From assembly GCA_043747615.1 (NCBI GenBank), contig JAYTOU010000065.1:1-39001 (forward strand): a DNA stretch of 39,001 nt, in the 5' to 3' direction. The notes under the pieces were generated by a model, which was given only the letters and a program-made list of their open reading frames with translations, was not told where the DNA came from and searched no databases. This stretch comes from Myxococcales bacterium (GTDB taxonomy: Bacteria; Myxococcota_A; Polyangia; Polyangiales; Polyangiaceae). Every line of letters begins with the position of its first letter. The first letter of the stretch is position 1. Positions 1-8,720 of this stretch are shown piece after piece. The translations under genes and the position numbers were made by a program.

Positions 1-94
1 CGCGCCGGCTTCAACGCGCTCAGTCGCCGCGCCGGCTTCAACGCGCTCAGTCGCCGCGCCGGCTTCAACGCGCTCAGTCGCCGCGCCGGCTTCA
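1..94. repeat. Perfect 27-bp tandem repeat (CGCGCCGGCTTCAACGCGCTCAGTCGC), 3 full copies plus a 13-bp partial; may continue beyond the left edge
   Basis: Identical units at 1-27, 28-54 and 55-81; the partial 82-94 includes the TGA stop of the minus-strand gene. No spacers. Confidence 0.95.
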
Positions 95-1849
95 GTTCAG
101 CGAGAAGCTCTTGCCGACGGTGACCGGCCCGCCTGCAAAAGCCGGAATGTGTGCTGCCCGGAATTTCCCGGCGATGCAGCCGCCGACTCCCGTTCCCGCG
201 AAGGGAGCGCTGTCGACCTCTGCGGTGGAGACGTTGCCGCTCGGAGCGAAGGTGACCTTCACGTGACCCGAGCCCGACGGTCCATCCTGCTTCTTACACG
301 TGGCGACGTTCACGCCGCCGAGCGCTGCTGCCGCTGCGCCGCGATCGAACGGAGCGGTGCCGCCGGTGGGTGCTGCAGTTTGAGCAGCCCCCGCTCCAGG
401 TGCTGCATTTTGCATCGCCTGCGCGAGGGTCGGCGGCGCCTTCGCTGCCGGCGGATCTGCCGGGGGCGGAGGCGTATCGCCGGCTGGGTGCGCCTTCGCG
501 CCGCCGCTACCTCCGCCGCCACCACCCCCACCGCCGCCGCCACCCCCACCGCCACCACCAACGTTCGGTGCTTTTGCGACCGGCCCCGTAGGTGCAGCCG
601 CGCTCGCGGGCGGCGCGGTGACCGAAGTAGTCGGTGCGGTGTTCATCGCGACCGAGTCAGTCGGTGCGGCGGTTGCCGAGCCGGAGCCGGTGGGCGAGGT
701 CGATGCGTCGGTGTCCCTCTTTCCGCCGGTTACGATGAGAGCAACGATGATCATCGCCATGCCGAGAAAGACGCAGCCACCGATGATGACGTAAAGGAGC
801 GTGTTCTTGCTCCTCTGGGGAGTTCCGCCGCTCGTGTACTCGTCTTGATGCACGGGAGCCGAGAGGATCGGAGCTGCGAGGGCCGCGCTGAAGGCGCCAC
901 CGCCACCGAGATTCATGATGTCGTCGACGTGACGCTGGCTCTTAGGTGCTTCTGAGCCCATCGACGCGCTGAGCGCCTTGATGTCGATGAGGCCGGAGCC
1001 GTCTGCGACCGGTGCGCCCGAGGTGTCCTTCGGGGCCGTTTGCGTGAGCGCGTTGAGCGAGAATAGAACGCTGTTTTCGTTGCGCTGACCGGTGAGCTTT
1101 TCATTGCCATCGGCGACGGGGGCAGAGCGCGCTGCACCACCTTGCGGTGCGCTGGTCATGACGTCGTCTTCGCCGCCTGCCTGCGAGACATTACCGAAGA
1201 GATCGGCGCCCTGGTTCCCGCGTCCGCCCGTGCGGCGAGCCGCAGCACCGGCGCTTAGACCCGGCGCGGGACGATTGGACTGTCGGGCGGGCTGTGCAGC
1301 GCCGAAGAGCGACGCGCCGTTTCCGTTGGTCTCTGCGGGAGCGCCGCCGCCACCACCGAAGAGAGAGAAATCCGTTGCCCCTCCGACTTGAGTCGGGAAT
1401 TCGTCCTCGTTCGCTCCGCCAGCGTGCTGCATCTGATGCGCATCATTCACCGACATCGGCGCAAACTCACCGGCGGTTTGGAGCGCGGGGCCGGGGCCCA
1501 TGGTGCAAGCATGGTAGAGGCCTTCGACCTCGCGGACGGGGAGCCAATCGTTCATCCCGTCTTTCCAGCAGAACGTCTCTTCGTTGATCACGCCAGATTT
1601 GTACTCTGCAACGATCTCCGCCTGGGTCAGCGTGCGCTGGTCCCCCTCGGCGACGTTGACCGTCCACTGCTCGTTGCTTGCCGTGTAGTCCTCGGTTTGC
1701 GCCGCGTTGCTCTGGGTGGCGTCCGAGTCGTTCCCGTTGATCACGATCGTCGCGCCGCACTTCTTGCAGCGGATCTTCACGATTTTCCCGAGGACCTTGT
1801 CGTCCGCGATCGTGTATTTTGCCTGACACGACTGGCACGAAATCTTCAT
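92..1849 (-). CDS. GltJ/AgmX-like gliding-motility protein: zinc ribbon, GYF_2 domain, linker, TM helix, TonB-C-like C-terminus
   Basis: MKISCQSC...IRCKKC ribbon; 'ETFCWKDGMNDWLP' GYF_2-like motif; 'RNENSVLFSL' and 'SGLIDIKAL' linker motifs; TM 'LLYVIIGGCVFLGMAMIIVALIV'; C-terminal 'VKVTFAPSGNV...GGCIAGKF...F'. Confidence 0.75.
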   Translation of the reverse strand: MKISCQSCQAKYTIADDKVLGKIVKIRCKKCGATIVINGNDSDATQSNAAQTEDYTASNEQWTVNVAEGDQRTLTQAEIVAEYKSGVINEETFCWKDGMNDWLPVREVEGLYHACTMGPGPALQTAGEFAPMSVNDAHQMQHAGGANEDEFPTQVGGATDFSLFGGGGGAPAETNGNGASLFGAAQPARQSNRPAPGLSAGAAARRTGGRGNQGADLFGNVSQAGGEDDVMTSAPQGGAARSAPVADGNEKLTGQRNENSVLFSLNALTQTAPKDTSGAPVADGSGLIDIKALSASMGSEAPKSQRHVDDIMNLGGGGAFSAALAAPILSAPVHQDEYTSGGTPQRSKNTLLYVIIGGCVFLGMAMIIVALIVTGGKRDTDASTSPTGSGSATAAPTDSVAMNTAPTTSVTAPPASAAAPTGPVAKAPNVGGGGGGGGGGGGGGGGGSGGAKAHPAGDTPPPPADPPAAKAPPTLAQAMQNAAPGAGAAQTAAPTGGTAPFDRGAAAAALGGVNVATCKKQDGPSGSGHVKVTFAPSGNVSTAEVDSAPFAGTGVGGCIAGKFRAAHIPAFAGGPVTVGKSFSLN

Positions 1850-2106
1850 CGCGAAACCATCCTTAGGCGCACTTTTTTTAGAGAGGGGTTTTGCATCATT
1901 GGGGTGCGCAACGGCTTTTCTGAACTTCCAAAGTATAGCGGCCGAAATCGAGCGTGATCAAGCAACGAGCGTAAATTGGCTCCGGAACCCGATTCGCTGA
2001 GGATTTGAAAACACCGATCGACCTTGGCGTTGGGTCCCGTCTGCCTTGTTCGGAAAGCCTGTGCGGGCGCGCTCCCCTCGTTAGACGCGCGAGGAGCCGC
2101 GCCGAT

Positions 2107-3645
2107 CTAATTGAGGAGCACGAGAGCGGTGCCGTCTTTGCCGCAAAATGTGGCGTTTCCGTCGAATTTGCCGCCGCACGTCGGGCAAATTTTGCCGCGC
2201 GCCGCGGGTGCTGCGCTCGCGCTTCCGCGGAGAGCGTACGGGACGAGCTCCTCGCCGTCCTGAGGGCACACCTTGACCCCCGGATCGAATCCGCGTTTGC
2301 AGGTGGGACAGATACCGCCTGACGGTCCGTCCAGCATGTCTTCGTGACCGGCGACCGCGACGAGCTGATTGCCGTCGGCGGGGCAGAACGTAGAGCCCCC
2401 GGGTGCGTACTCGCGATGGCAGGCGGGGCAAGCCATGGCCCCTGCGGTCAACCGTGCAGCGCGGGCTACGCTCTCTTCGTGGGCGCGGAGCGCCTCGGCG
2501 TGCTTGGCCATTTTTTCGCGGTTGCGCTCTTCCGTCTCGCGCACGCGGCGCGAATGACGCTCTTCGGCTTCACGTTCGATAGCTTCGGCCTTCTTCGCGC
2601 GCGCCCTTCCAACGAGCGCGAGGACGCCGAGGATCGCTGCCAGAGCGCCCACCACGCCGATGAAAATATTCCGCCGCGTGCGCCCGCTGTCCGAAGCCCG
2701 GGCGTCGCTTCCGCCGAGGGAGCTCGTTGCGAGCTCGGTGACGACGGAGTTGTCATTTTCGCCGAGTGCGTTGAGCCCCGACTGCGCGAGGAGAGAATCG
2801 TAGTGAGCAGGGGAGCTGACGTCGACCACCACTTTTGCGCTCTTTCCCGCGGCAGAAACGACGAGATCGACCGCGCCCTCCTTGGCGTTCGGCGGGACGG
2901 TGACCTTGCCGTTCGCATCGACGACGACGCTCTCCGAAGCGGCAGACCACGTCGTTGCCGTCCCCGTCGGACAACCGTTCTTGTCGCGCACCGTTGCGGA
3001 AAACGTGAAGCTCTCGCCGGTGCGCAGCAGCTTTCGCGAGGGGCGGACTTCGAGGCGCGCGGGCTCGCCGGGTGCCGCACACGCTTTGCTCGGCTCAGGC
3101 GCGTGCGTGGGCTCGGGCGTCACGACGGGCGCCGCGCTCGTAGCAGGGGCGGCGGCGACGAGGTCGAACGTCCGGGTGCGCTTTATGTCGGCGATGCAGC
3201 GGCCTTCTTTGATCGTGATCTCGTATCTGCCGGTTTCGGCGATCTCGACGTGGCTGTCGCTCGTGACCGTGACCCGGGTCTGCATCAACGCGTGCCGCGG
3301 ATCCGAGGCCGGCGTGGTGCACCGCGTCTGCCAGGAGCGCCCTGATGCGTCGCGCGAATGCGCATCACGCACGAGCGTTGGCAGCTGGTCGTAGCACTGG
3401 TTGGTGCGGTAGACTCGCCCCGCGCCGACGAACGACAGCTCGTCCCCCTCCTCCTTGACGGTCACGATCTCTCCGCCTCCCGTCGACGCGCTAACCGGTG
3501 CAGGGCCGCATTCGTGTAGCCACTGTTGAACCGTGAAGTCTTCGCGGAGCGGACTCTGTTTCCACCTTCCGTCGAACGAGTCGGCAAGCGCCGCGCGCCC
3601 AAGGAAGGCGATGAAGAGCATCAAGAGGAGCGGGCGGGGTCGCAC
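2107..3645 (-). CDS. Single-pass membrane protein: exported N-domain with Ig-like (Big_2-like) segment, TM helix, coiled coil, three C-terminal CxxC..C[PG]xDG modules
   Basis: GTG at 3645 gives signal peptide MRPRPLLLMLFIAFLGRAALA|DS (ORF open to 3699); Ig-like 'LEVRPS...TFSATVRD...VVVDANGKVTV'; TM 'IFIGVVGALAAILGVLALVG'; CPAC..CPADG, CPTC..CPQDG, CPTC..CGKDG. Confidence 0.75.
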   Translation of the reverse strand: MRPRPLLLMLFIAFLGRAALADSFDGRWKQSPLREDFTVQQWLHECGPAPVSASTGGGEIVTVKEEGDELSFVGAGRVYRTNQCYDQLPTLVRDAHSRDASGRSWQTRCTTPASDPRHALMQTRVTVTSDSHVEIAETGRYEITIKEGRCIADIKRTRTFDLVAAAPATSAAPVVTPEPTHAPEPSKACAAPGEPARLEVRPSRKLLRTGESFTFSATVRDKNGCPTGTATTWSAASESVVVDANGKVTVPPNAKEGAVDLVVSAAGKSAKVVVDVSSPAHYDSLLAQSGLNALGENDNSVVTELATSSLGGSDARASDSGRTRRNIFIGVVGALAAILGVLALVGRARAKKAEAIEREAEERHSRRVRETEERNREKMAKHAEALRAHEESVARAARLTAGAMACPACHREYAPGGSTFCPADGNQLVAVAGHEDMLDGPSGGICPTCKRGFDPGVKVCPQDGEELVPYALRGSASAAPAARGKICPTCGGKFDGNATFCGKDGTALVLLN

Positions 3646-3761
3646 GGGAACGCGACCGAAGGATAAACCCAAGACCTTCGCGAGACGAGTGCCCGTCACC
3701 TTTCTTGCGGATCTGCCTGAAATTGGCGAAAGATGTTACTTCGGGGGCCGGAAAACCTGTG

Positions 3762-5693
3762 ATGAGCATTTTAAGGAAGCGAAGTAAGCGTCTCGTGGCC
3801 CTCGCCTGCGCGGGCGCCGTAGCGCTCGTGAGCGGCGTGGCAGGGGCACAGAACGCCATCGCCGACGGAAACGGCGCCGGCTTCGACACACACCTCTTCC
3901 GCCCAGCGATGGACTCCAAAGGGTTCTTCACCACCAACGGATCGGACATCATCGGCAAGGGCGACATCAGCTTCGGACTGGTGATCGACTACGGCAACAC
4001 GCTCCTTCGCGTGAACGACGTCGGGCAGAAGAGCCCCCAGCTCGTGAACCATTCGTTCCAGGGCACCGGTCAATTCAACTACGGCATCGCAAACCTCCTC
4101 ATCTTGGGCGTCGATCTCCCGGTCAACCTGATGGCGGGCGACGAGCAGATCAACAACGCAACTCCCCCTACCGGCGCGGTCGCCGGGTGGAACACGGCGA
4201 AGGTCGACTCGCAGACCATCGGCTACCTCGGTCTCCACAGTAAATTCAGGATCACCCGCGTCGAGCACGGGATCGGCCTCGCGGTCGGCTTGCAGGTCGG
4301 CGTCCCGGTCACCGACGCACCAAAGAACGCGGGAGCAGATCCGACGGCGTGGATCTGGCCGCACGCCATCGTCGAGAAACGTCTCGGCGCGACGGGGAAA
4401 TTCAAGATCGGCCTCGACGTGGGCTTTCGCGCGCACGGAGCGAGCACGACCACCCTCCCGTTGAAAGACGGAAAGTTCATCGACGGAAATCGCGCGACGT
4501 TTGGCTTTGGCCTCTCCTACCGGCTTCTCGAGGGGATGGATGTCGTGGGAGAAACGTACGGCACGTATCTGTTGTCCAACGCGGACAGCAGCGTGAAGCT
4601 GTCGAACGAAGCGGTCGGTGGCATCAAGCTCTTCGTCGAGCGCAACTCGTACCTCATGTTGGGCGCGGGGCCGCGCTACACGAAAGGCTTCGAAGCCGCG
4701 GATTTCAGGGCTTTTCTCGGATTCGTTTTCGAGCCTTCCATCGGTGATCGCGACGGCGACGGCATCAAGGACGACCTCGACAAGTGCCCGGACGATCCCG
4801 AAGATCGTGACGGCTTCCAGGACGAAGATGGCTGCCCGGATCCCGACCACGACAACGACGGCATTCTCGACGTCGATGATCGCTGCGTGAACGAGCCCGA
4901 AGACATGGACGGCGATCAAGACACCGACGGCTGCCCCGAGGGCAGTGACGGCGATCGCGACGGCGACGGCATCCCCGACTCGAAGGACAAGTGCCCGGAC
5001 CTCCCCGAAGATCGCGACGGCTTCGAAGACACCGACGGCTGCCCCGATCCCGACAACGACAAGGACGGCATCCTCGACAAGGTGGACGCCTGCCCGAACG
5101 ATCCCGAGGATAAAGACGGCTTCGAAGACACCGACGGCTGCCCCGATCCCGACAACGACAAGGACGGCATTCTCGACAAGGTCGACAAGTGCCCGAACCA
5201 ACCCGAGACCTTCAACGGATTCGAGGACGAAGACGGCTGTCCCGACAAGGGAAGCGTCATCATCCAAGACAACAACATCGTCATCCTCCACAAAATCAAG
5301 TTCAAGACGGCATCTGCCGAGATTTTGCCGGAGTCACACGAGATCCTCGACGCCGTGGCAACGACCATCGTCCACCATCCCGAGTTCGCGCTCATGGAAG
5401 TGGCGGGTCACGCCGACGAGCGCGCCACCGACGAGTACAACTTGAAGCTCACGCAAGATCGCGTGAACTCCGTCGTCGCCGCGCTCATTCAGCGCGGAGT
5501 CGACAAAGGTCGCTTGCGGAGCAAGGGCTACGGCGAGTTCTGCCCGGAAGATCCGGCGAAGAACGAGAAGGCGTACGAAACGAACCGCCGCGTCGAGTTC
5601 AAGATCGTGAAGACGAAAGAAGGCCCGACCGGCGTGGAGCTCGGGTGCCCCGCCGCCGCCGCCAAGGGCGTCAGGCCCGACCCCGTTCCCTGA
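3762..5693 (+). CDS. OmpA-family outer-membrane protein with thrombospondin type-3 repeats (TraB-like architecture)
   Basis: Signal peptide from ATG 3762; beta-strand-rich N-domain; DxDxDG..D.CP repeats; OmpA C-domain motifs 'GHAD', 'YNLKLTQDR', 'GYGE', 'NRRVEF'. Confidence 0.9.
   Translation: MSILRKRSKRLVALACAGAVALVSGVAGAQNAIADGNGAGFDTHLFRPAMDSKGFFTTNGSDIIGKGDISFGLVIDYGNTLLRVNDVGQKSPQLVNHSFQGTGQFNYGIANLLILGVDLPVNLMAGDEQINNATPPTGAVAGWNTAKVDSQTIGYLGLHSKFRITRVEHGIGLAVGLQVGVPVTDAPKNAGADPTAWIWPHAIVEKRLGATGKFKIGLDVGFRAHGASTTTLPLKDGKFIDGNRATFGFGLSYRLLEGMDVVGETYGTYLLSNADSSVKLSNEAVGGIKLFVERNSYLMLGAGPRYTKGFEAADFRAFLGFVFEPSIGDRDGDGIKDDLDKCPDDPEDRDGFQDEDGCPDPDHDNDGILDVDDRCVNEPEDMDGDQDTDGCPEGSDGDRDGDGIPDSKDKCPDLPEDRDGFEDTDGCPDPDNDKDGILDKVDACPNDPEDKDGFEDTDGCPDPDNDKDGILDKVDKCPNQPETFNGFEDEDGCPDKGSVIIQDNNIVILHKIKFKTASAEILPESHEILDAVATTIVHHPEFALMEVAGHADERATDEYNLKLTQDRVNSVVAALIQRGVDKGRLRSKGYGEFCPEDPAKNEKAYETNRRVEFKIVKTKEGPTGVELGCPAAAAKGVRPDPVP
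4747..5247 (+). repeat. Intragenic TSP3 (Ca-binding) repeat array with a near-identical 99-bp-period duplication
   Basis: 5016-5087 and 5115-5186 match at 70 of 72 nt; repeated DGFEDTDGCPDPDNDKDGILDK. Confidence 0.85.
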
Positions 5694-5745
5694 CGTCGTC
5701 GCCGTCGCTTGCGCCTTTTCGGCGTGAGCGAAGCGAATCCGGTGC

Positions 5746-5768
5746 TCAGCGTCCCCTGCGGGCGCTGA
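5746..5768. terminator. GC-rich hairpin between convergent genes (possible terminator or REP-like element)
   Basis: TCAGCGTCC-cctgc-GGGCGCTGA, a 9-bp stem with one G-U pair; no clear U-tract. Confidence 0.35.
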
Positions 5769-5777
5769 ACCGCGGTC

Positions 5778-7400
5778 TTACGGCATCGTTTCGAGCCGCG
5801 ATTTACAGCTGTCGACGCAGACTTGGTCGTGCAGGTTTTTGCACGCGGTCTTCAAGAGCAGTACTTCTTCGCGGCTGGCTTTGCCGAGAGCGAACCGCGG
5901 CATCAAGAGTTGCTTGGCGGCGTCGGCGTCGCCTTTGAGCATGAGCGCGCGCGCTTGATCGGCGATGCTCGGTTGCGGTGCCGCGGGCGTCGGCGGTTTC
6001 ACGGGCACGTGCGACGCGACCGGCTGGCTCGGAAGGGGATCGACCGGAGGCTGACGGACCGTCGGAGGATTGGCCGCCGGATTTACACGCGGACCCCCTT
6101 CTCTACCTGCCATCTGGGCCGTCAATTGAGCCGTTTGCGTGGGAGTTTGGGTGCCGAGCGCCACCGCGGTCGGGGTGTGCGTGTCGTCGAGCGCCACGAT
6201 CTTGTCGTTGGCGAGCTTGCGGCGTGTGGGGTCGACCGTCGTTGCTTGCGCGACCATCTGGAAGATGACCCGCTTGCGCGCCGGGTCGGGATCCGCGTCT
6301 CCGCGCTTGAGCATTTCGTCGGCCCACGTGAGCTCGATCACCCGGAAATCGTCGGACTCCCGTAGCGGGGATTTTTCGGGGATCCCGACGATGACCTTGT
6401 CGTGCCCTTGCTCGCACGAACCGGCGAGGCACATGCGCTTCGCGTCCTCGAGGAGCTGCCGCTCGAGCTCGAGGGTCGGTGAGCTCGACGGCGCGGTGAT
6501 CAGGGTATCGTTTGCCTTGTGCTGCTTGTACGCGAGGACCCCGAGCACGGCCATCGCCGTCAGACCTCCGACCACGAAGAAAGGAACGAGGCTCGACGTC
6601 CTTTGCCCCGAGACGGCGTTGACGGAGCGCTCGCCAATCGACTCGAGCTTCTGGCTCTCCCCTACGCCGGGGAGGAAAATCTGGCCCGCGCCGACGAACT
6701 TGAACTTGACGTCGCCGAGCTCGAGGATGTCGCCGGCCTCGATGATGCCGCGGCGAAGATCTGCGCCATTGACGCGGACACCGTTCGACGAGCCCTTGTC
6801 GACGATCTCGAAGCGCGCCTCACCGAGCGCGTGAATCTCGCAGTGCAGGCGCGATACGGAGTTGTGGTTTACGGAGATGATCGCCTCTTCGGCTCGTCCG
6901 ATCGTCAGCCGATCGCGGTCCAGCGGGAATTCTGCGCCGGGTGTTGGGCCGGCGAGCATCACCAAACGATTGGGTCGCTCGAGAAGCATCGAGCCGCGCG
7001 TGGTCGTTGACGAAACCCCGCTCGGGATCGTCGCCTTCATGCTCGTTTCGCCCCCGACCTCGGGGACCGGCGCCGGAGTCTCGTCGTTGACGGCGTCGTC
7101 CTGGAGAACGATGCGGTAGTCGCCAATCTGGATCAGATCGCCGTGGGCTAGATCCTGGCGCTCTGCGACGCGGAGCCCGTTCACGTAGACGCCGTTGTAG
7201 CTCGTGCAATCCTCGAGCACGAAGAGCGAACCGGGAGTGGCGGTGCCGTTCTTCTTCGAGAGCTTCGCGTGCTCTCGCGAGACGTTGCGCTCGGTCAGGC
7301 GGACGGTATTCCCCTCCTTGCGGCCGACCGTGTACGCATCCCGCGTGAGCGGGACGACGGTGCGCTTTCCTTCGTCGTCCTCGATGACCAGCTTCCACAT
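5778..7400 (-). CDS. Double FHA-domain membrane protein
   Basis: Two FHA signatures (GR..VSREHA..NGVYVNG; GR..VSRLH..SNGVRVNG); TM 'LVPFFVVGGLTAMAVLGVLAY'; Pro-rich C-region. Start taken at MWKLVIED. Confidence 0.88.
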   Translation of the reverse strand: MWKLVIEDDEGKRTVVPLTRDAYTVGRKEGNTVRLTERNVSREHAKLSKKNGTATPGSLFVLEDCTSYNGVYVNGLRVAERQDLAHGDLIQIGDYRIVLQDDAVNDETPAPVPEVGGETSMKATIPSGVSSTTTRGSMLLERPNRLVMLAGPTPGAEFPLDRDRLTIGRAEEAIISVNHNSVSRLHCEIHALGEARFEIVDKGSSNGVRVNGADLRRGIIEAGDILELGDVKFKFVGAGQIFLPGVGESQKLESIGERSVNAVSGQRTSSLVPFFVVGGLTAMAVLGVLAYKQHKANDTLITAPSSSPTLELERQLLEDAKRMCLAGSCEQGHDKVIVGIPEKSPLRESDDFRVIELTWADEMLKRGDADPDPARKRVIFQMVAQATTVDPTRRKLANDKIVALDDTHTPTAVALGTQTPTQTAQLTAQMAGREGGPRVNPAANPPTVRQPPVDPLPSQPVASHVPVKPPTPAAPQPSIADQARALMLKGDADAAKQLLMPRFALGKASREEVLLLKTACKNLHDQVCVDSCKSRLETMP

Positions 7401-7541
7401 CGGACTGTCGGACTTTACCTGACTGGTGACGATAAATTGATCGAAAGACGACCGGCGGAGGGGTTTTGTGTCGAACCTTGCGCTCGCCTGCATCAACAGC
7501 CTACAGGGGAAGCGGAGCGTAAGTGTAGCTATCCGGGCCGC

Positions 7542-7937
7542 ATGAAAGCAATGCTGCGTTTACGCAAGAATCTGTGGCGAGGGTTGGGGGGATGGCTCGC
7601 CCTCTCGCTGCTTGCAGCGGGCTGCGCGCCGGAATGGACGGGTTCGGTGGGCGCGGTCTTCGGCCGGGACAACCTCGACGGGCGGGTCTTCGTGCGCGAG
7701 GCGCCTTCGGATATGTCCGCAGCCCACGCCGGGCTTCGGGTGGAGGACGAGCTCGTGGCCATCGACGGCCGCGCCGTCAGAGGAATGTCGAGCGACGAGG
7801 TCCACGCCGCGTTGACAGGAAAGGTAGGCACGAAGGTAATCCTGCGCGTCGTGCGAAGCGGTTCGATGATCGACGTTCCGGTGGAGCGCGGTCCCCTGCG
7901 AGCCACCGCCCCAGCGCCGTCGTCCTCGTCGCGCTAG
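7542..7937 (+). CDS. Small PDZ-domain lipoprotein
   Basis: Lipobox LAAGC; PDZ motifs 'GSVGAV', 'AAHAGLRVEDELVAIDG', 'LTGKVGTKVILRVVR'. Confidence 0.75.
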   Translation: MKAMLRLRKNLWRGLGGWLALSLLAAGCAPEWTGSVGAVFGRDNLDGRVFVREAPSDMSAAHAGLRVEDELVAIDGRAVRGMSSDEVHAALTGKVGTKVILRVVRSGSMIDVPVERGPLRATAPAPSSSSR

Positions 7938-8671
7938 TCGAGCTTTCGTGGCTCGTGGCTGGGAAGGCCGGCCACGAAGGCGTCGCGCGCCGCGAGGACT
8001 TTGGACTCGTCCCGGCCGTCGAAGGTGAGCTTCGTCTTGTAGCTAGCGTCCATCCATTTCGGGTAGGAGCCGACGTCGACTTCGGGGTGAGCGGCGACCA
8101 CTTCGTCGAGAAGCGGCTTCAGATCTCCCTCGTCCATTTGAGTGTAGACCGCACGCGATACGTAGGAGCGCGCCGCCGGAATTTTGGCGGTCACGATGGG
8201 GATCTTCATCCGAAAAACCTCTGGAATTCCGGGCAAAATCCAGGTGTTTCGCATGCGCACCGTGGGCCAGCGCACCTCAGCCGTCGACTCCAGGCTGGCA
8301 CCTTCGGGAATGAGCGCCATCCGCAAATGGCCGGGCGTACAGCGCTCCTTGTAGTGGGCCCGGAGCATCGTCTCCATCTCCGGGCTCGTCACGACCGGCA
8401 CCCCGAACGCCATGGCTACCGCGCTGATCGTCACGTCATCGTGGGTTGGACCGACGCCGCCCGAAGTGAAAAGCCAGGTGTGAGACGCAGAAAGCGTGCG
8501 CACCTCGTTCGCGATCTCATCGAGATCGTCGAGCACCGTCACCGCGCGTCGCAAGTGAATCCCAAGCTCGCGCAGGGTGCGAGCAAGCACCATGAGGTTG
8601 GCTTCTTGGACTTTTCCAGAAAGCAGCTCGTTGCCAATGACGAGAGCCGCCGCCGTTTCCGCTCGCTCCAT
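7934..8671 (-). CDS. CinA-like molybdopterin-binding-domain protein (COG1058 type, no PncC domain)
   Basis: 'IGNELLSG', 'SGGVGPTHDDVT', 'LPGIP', 'VGSYP' motifs; 245 aa. Confidence 0.85.
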   Translation of the reverse strand: MERAETAAALVIGNELLSGKVQEANLMVLARTLRELGIHLRRAVTVLDDLDEIANEVRTLSASHTWLFTSGGVGPTHDDVTISAVAMAFGVPVVTSPEMETMLRAHYKERCTPGHLRMALIPEGASLESTAEVRWPTVRMRNTWILPGIPEVFRMKIPIVTAKIPAARSYVSRAVYTQMDEGDLKPLLDEVVAAHPEVDVGSYPKWMDASYKTKLTFDGRDESKVLAARDAFVAGLPSHEPRKLD

Positions 8672-8720
8672 GCCAAAAGATACTAGCGCGCCGGGAGCCG
8701 GTAGTAAGCTCTACGAATCG

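Noticed and set aside
1..94. CRISPR array
   Set aside because: Units are contiguous with no spacers, and no cas genes are present.
3771..5291. 506-aa antisense ORF opposite the OmpA gene
   Set aside because: Shadow ORF from GC3 bias; it mirrors the repeats and has no independent motifs.
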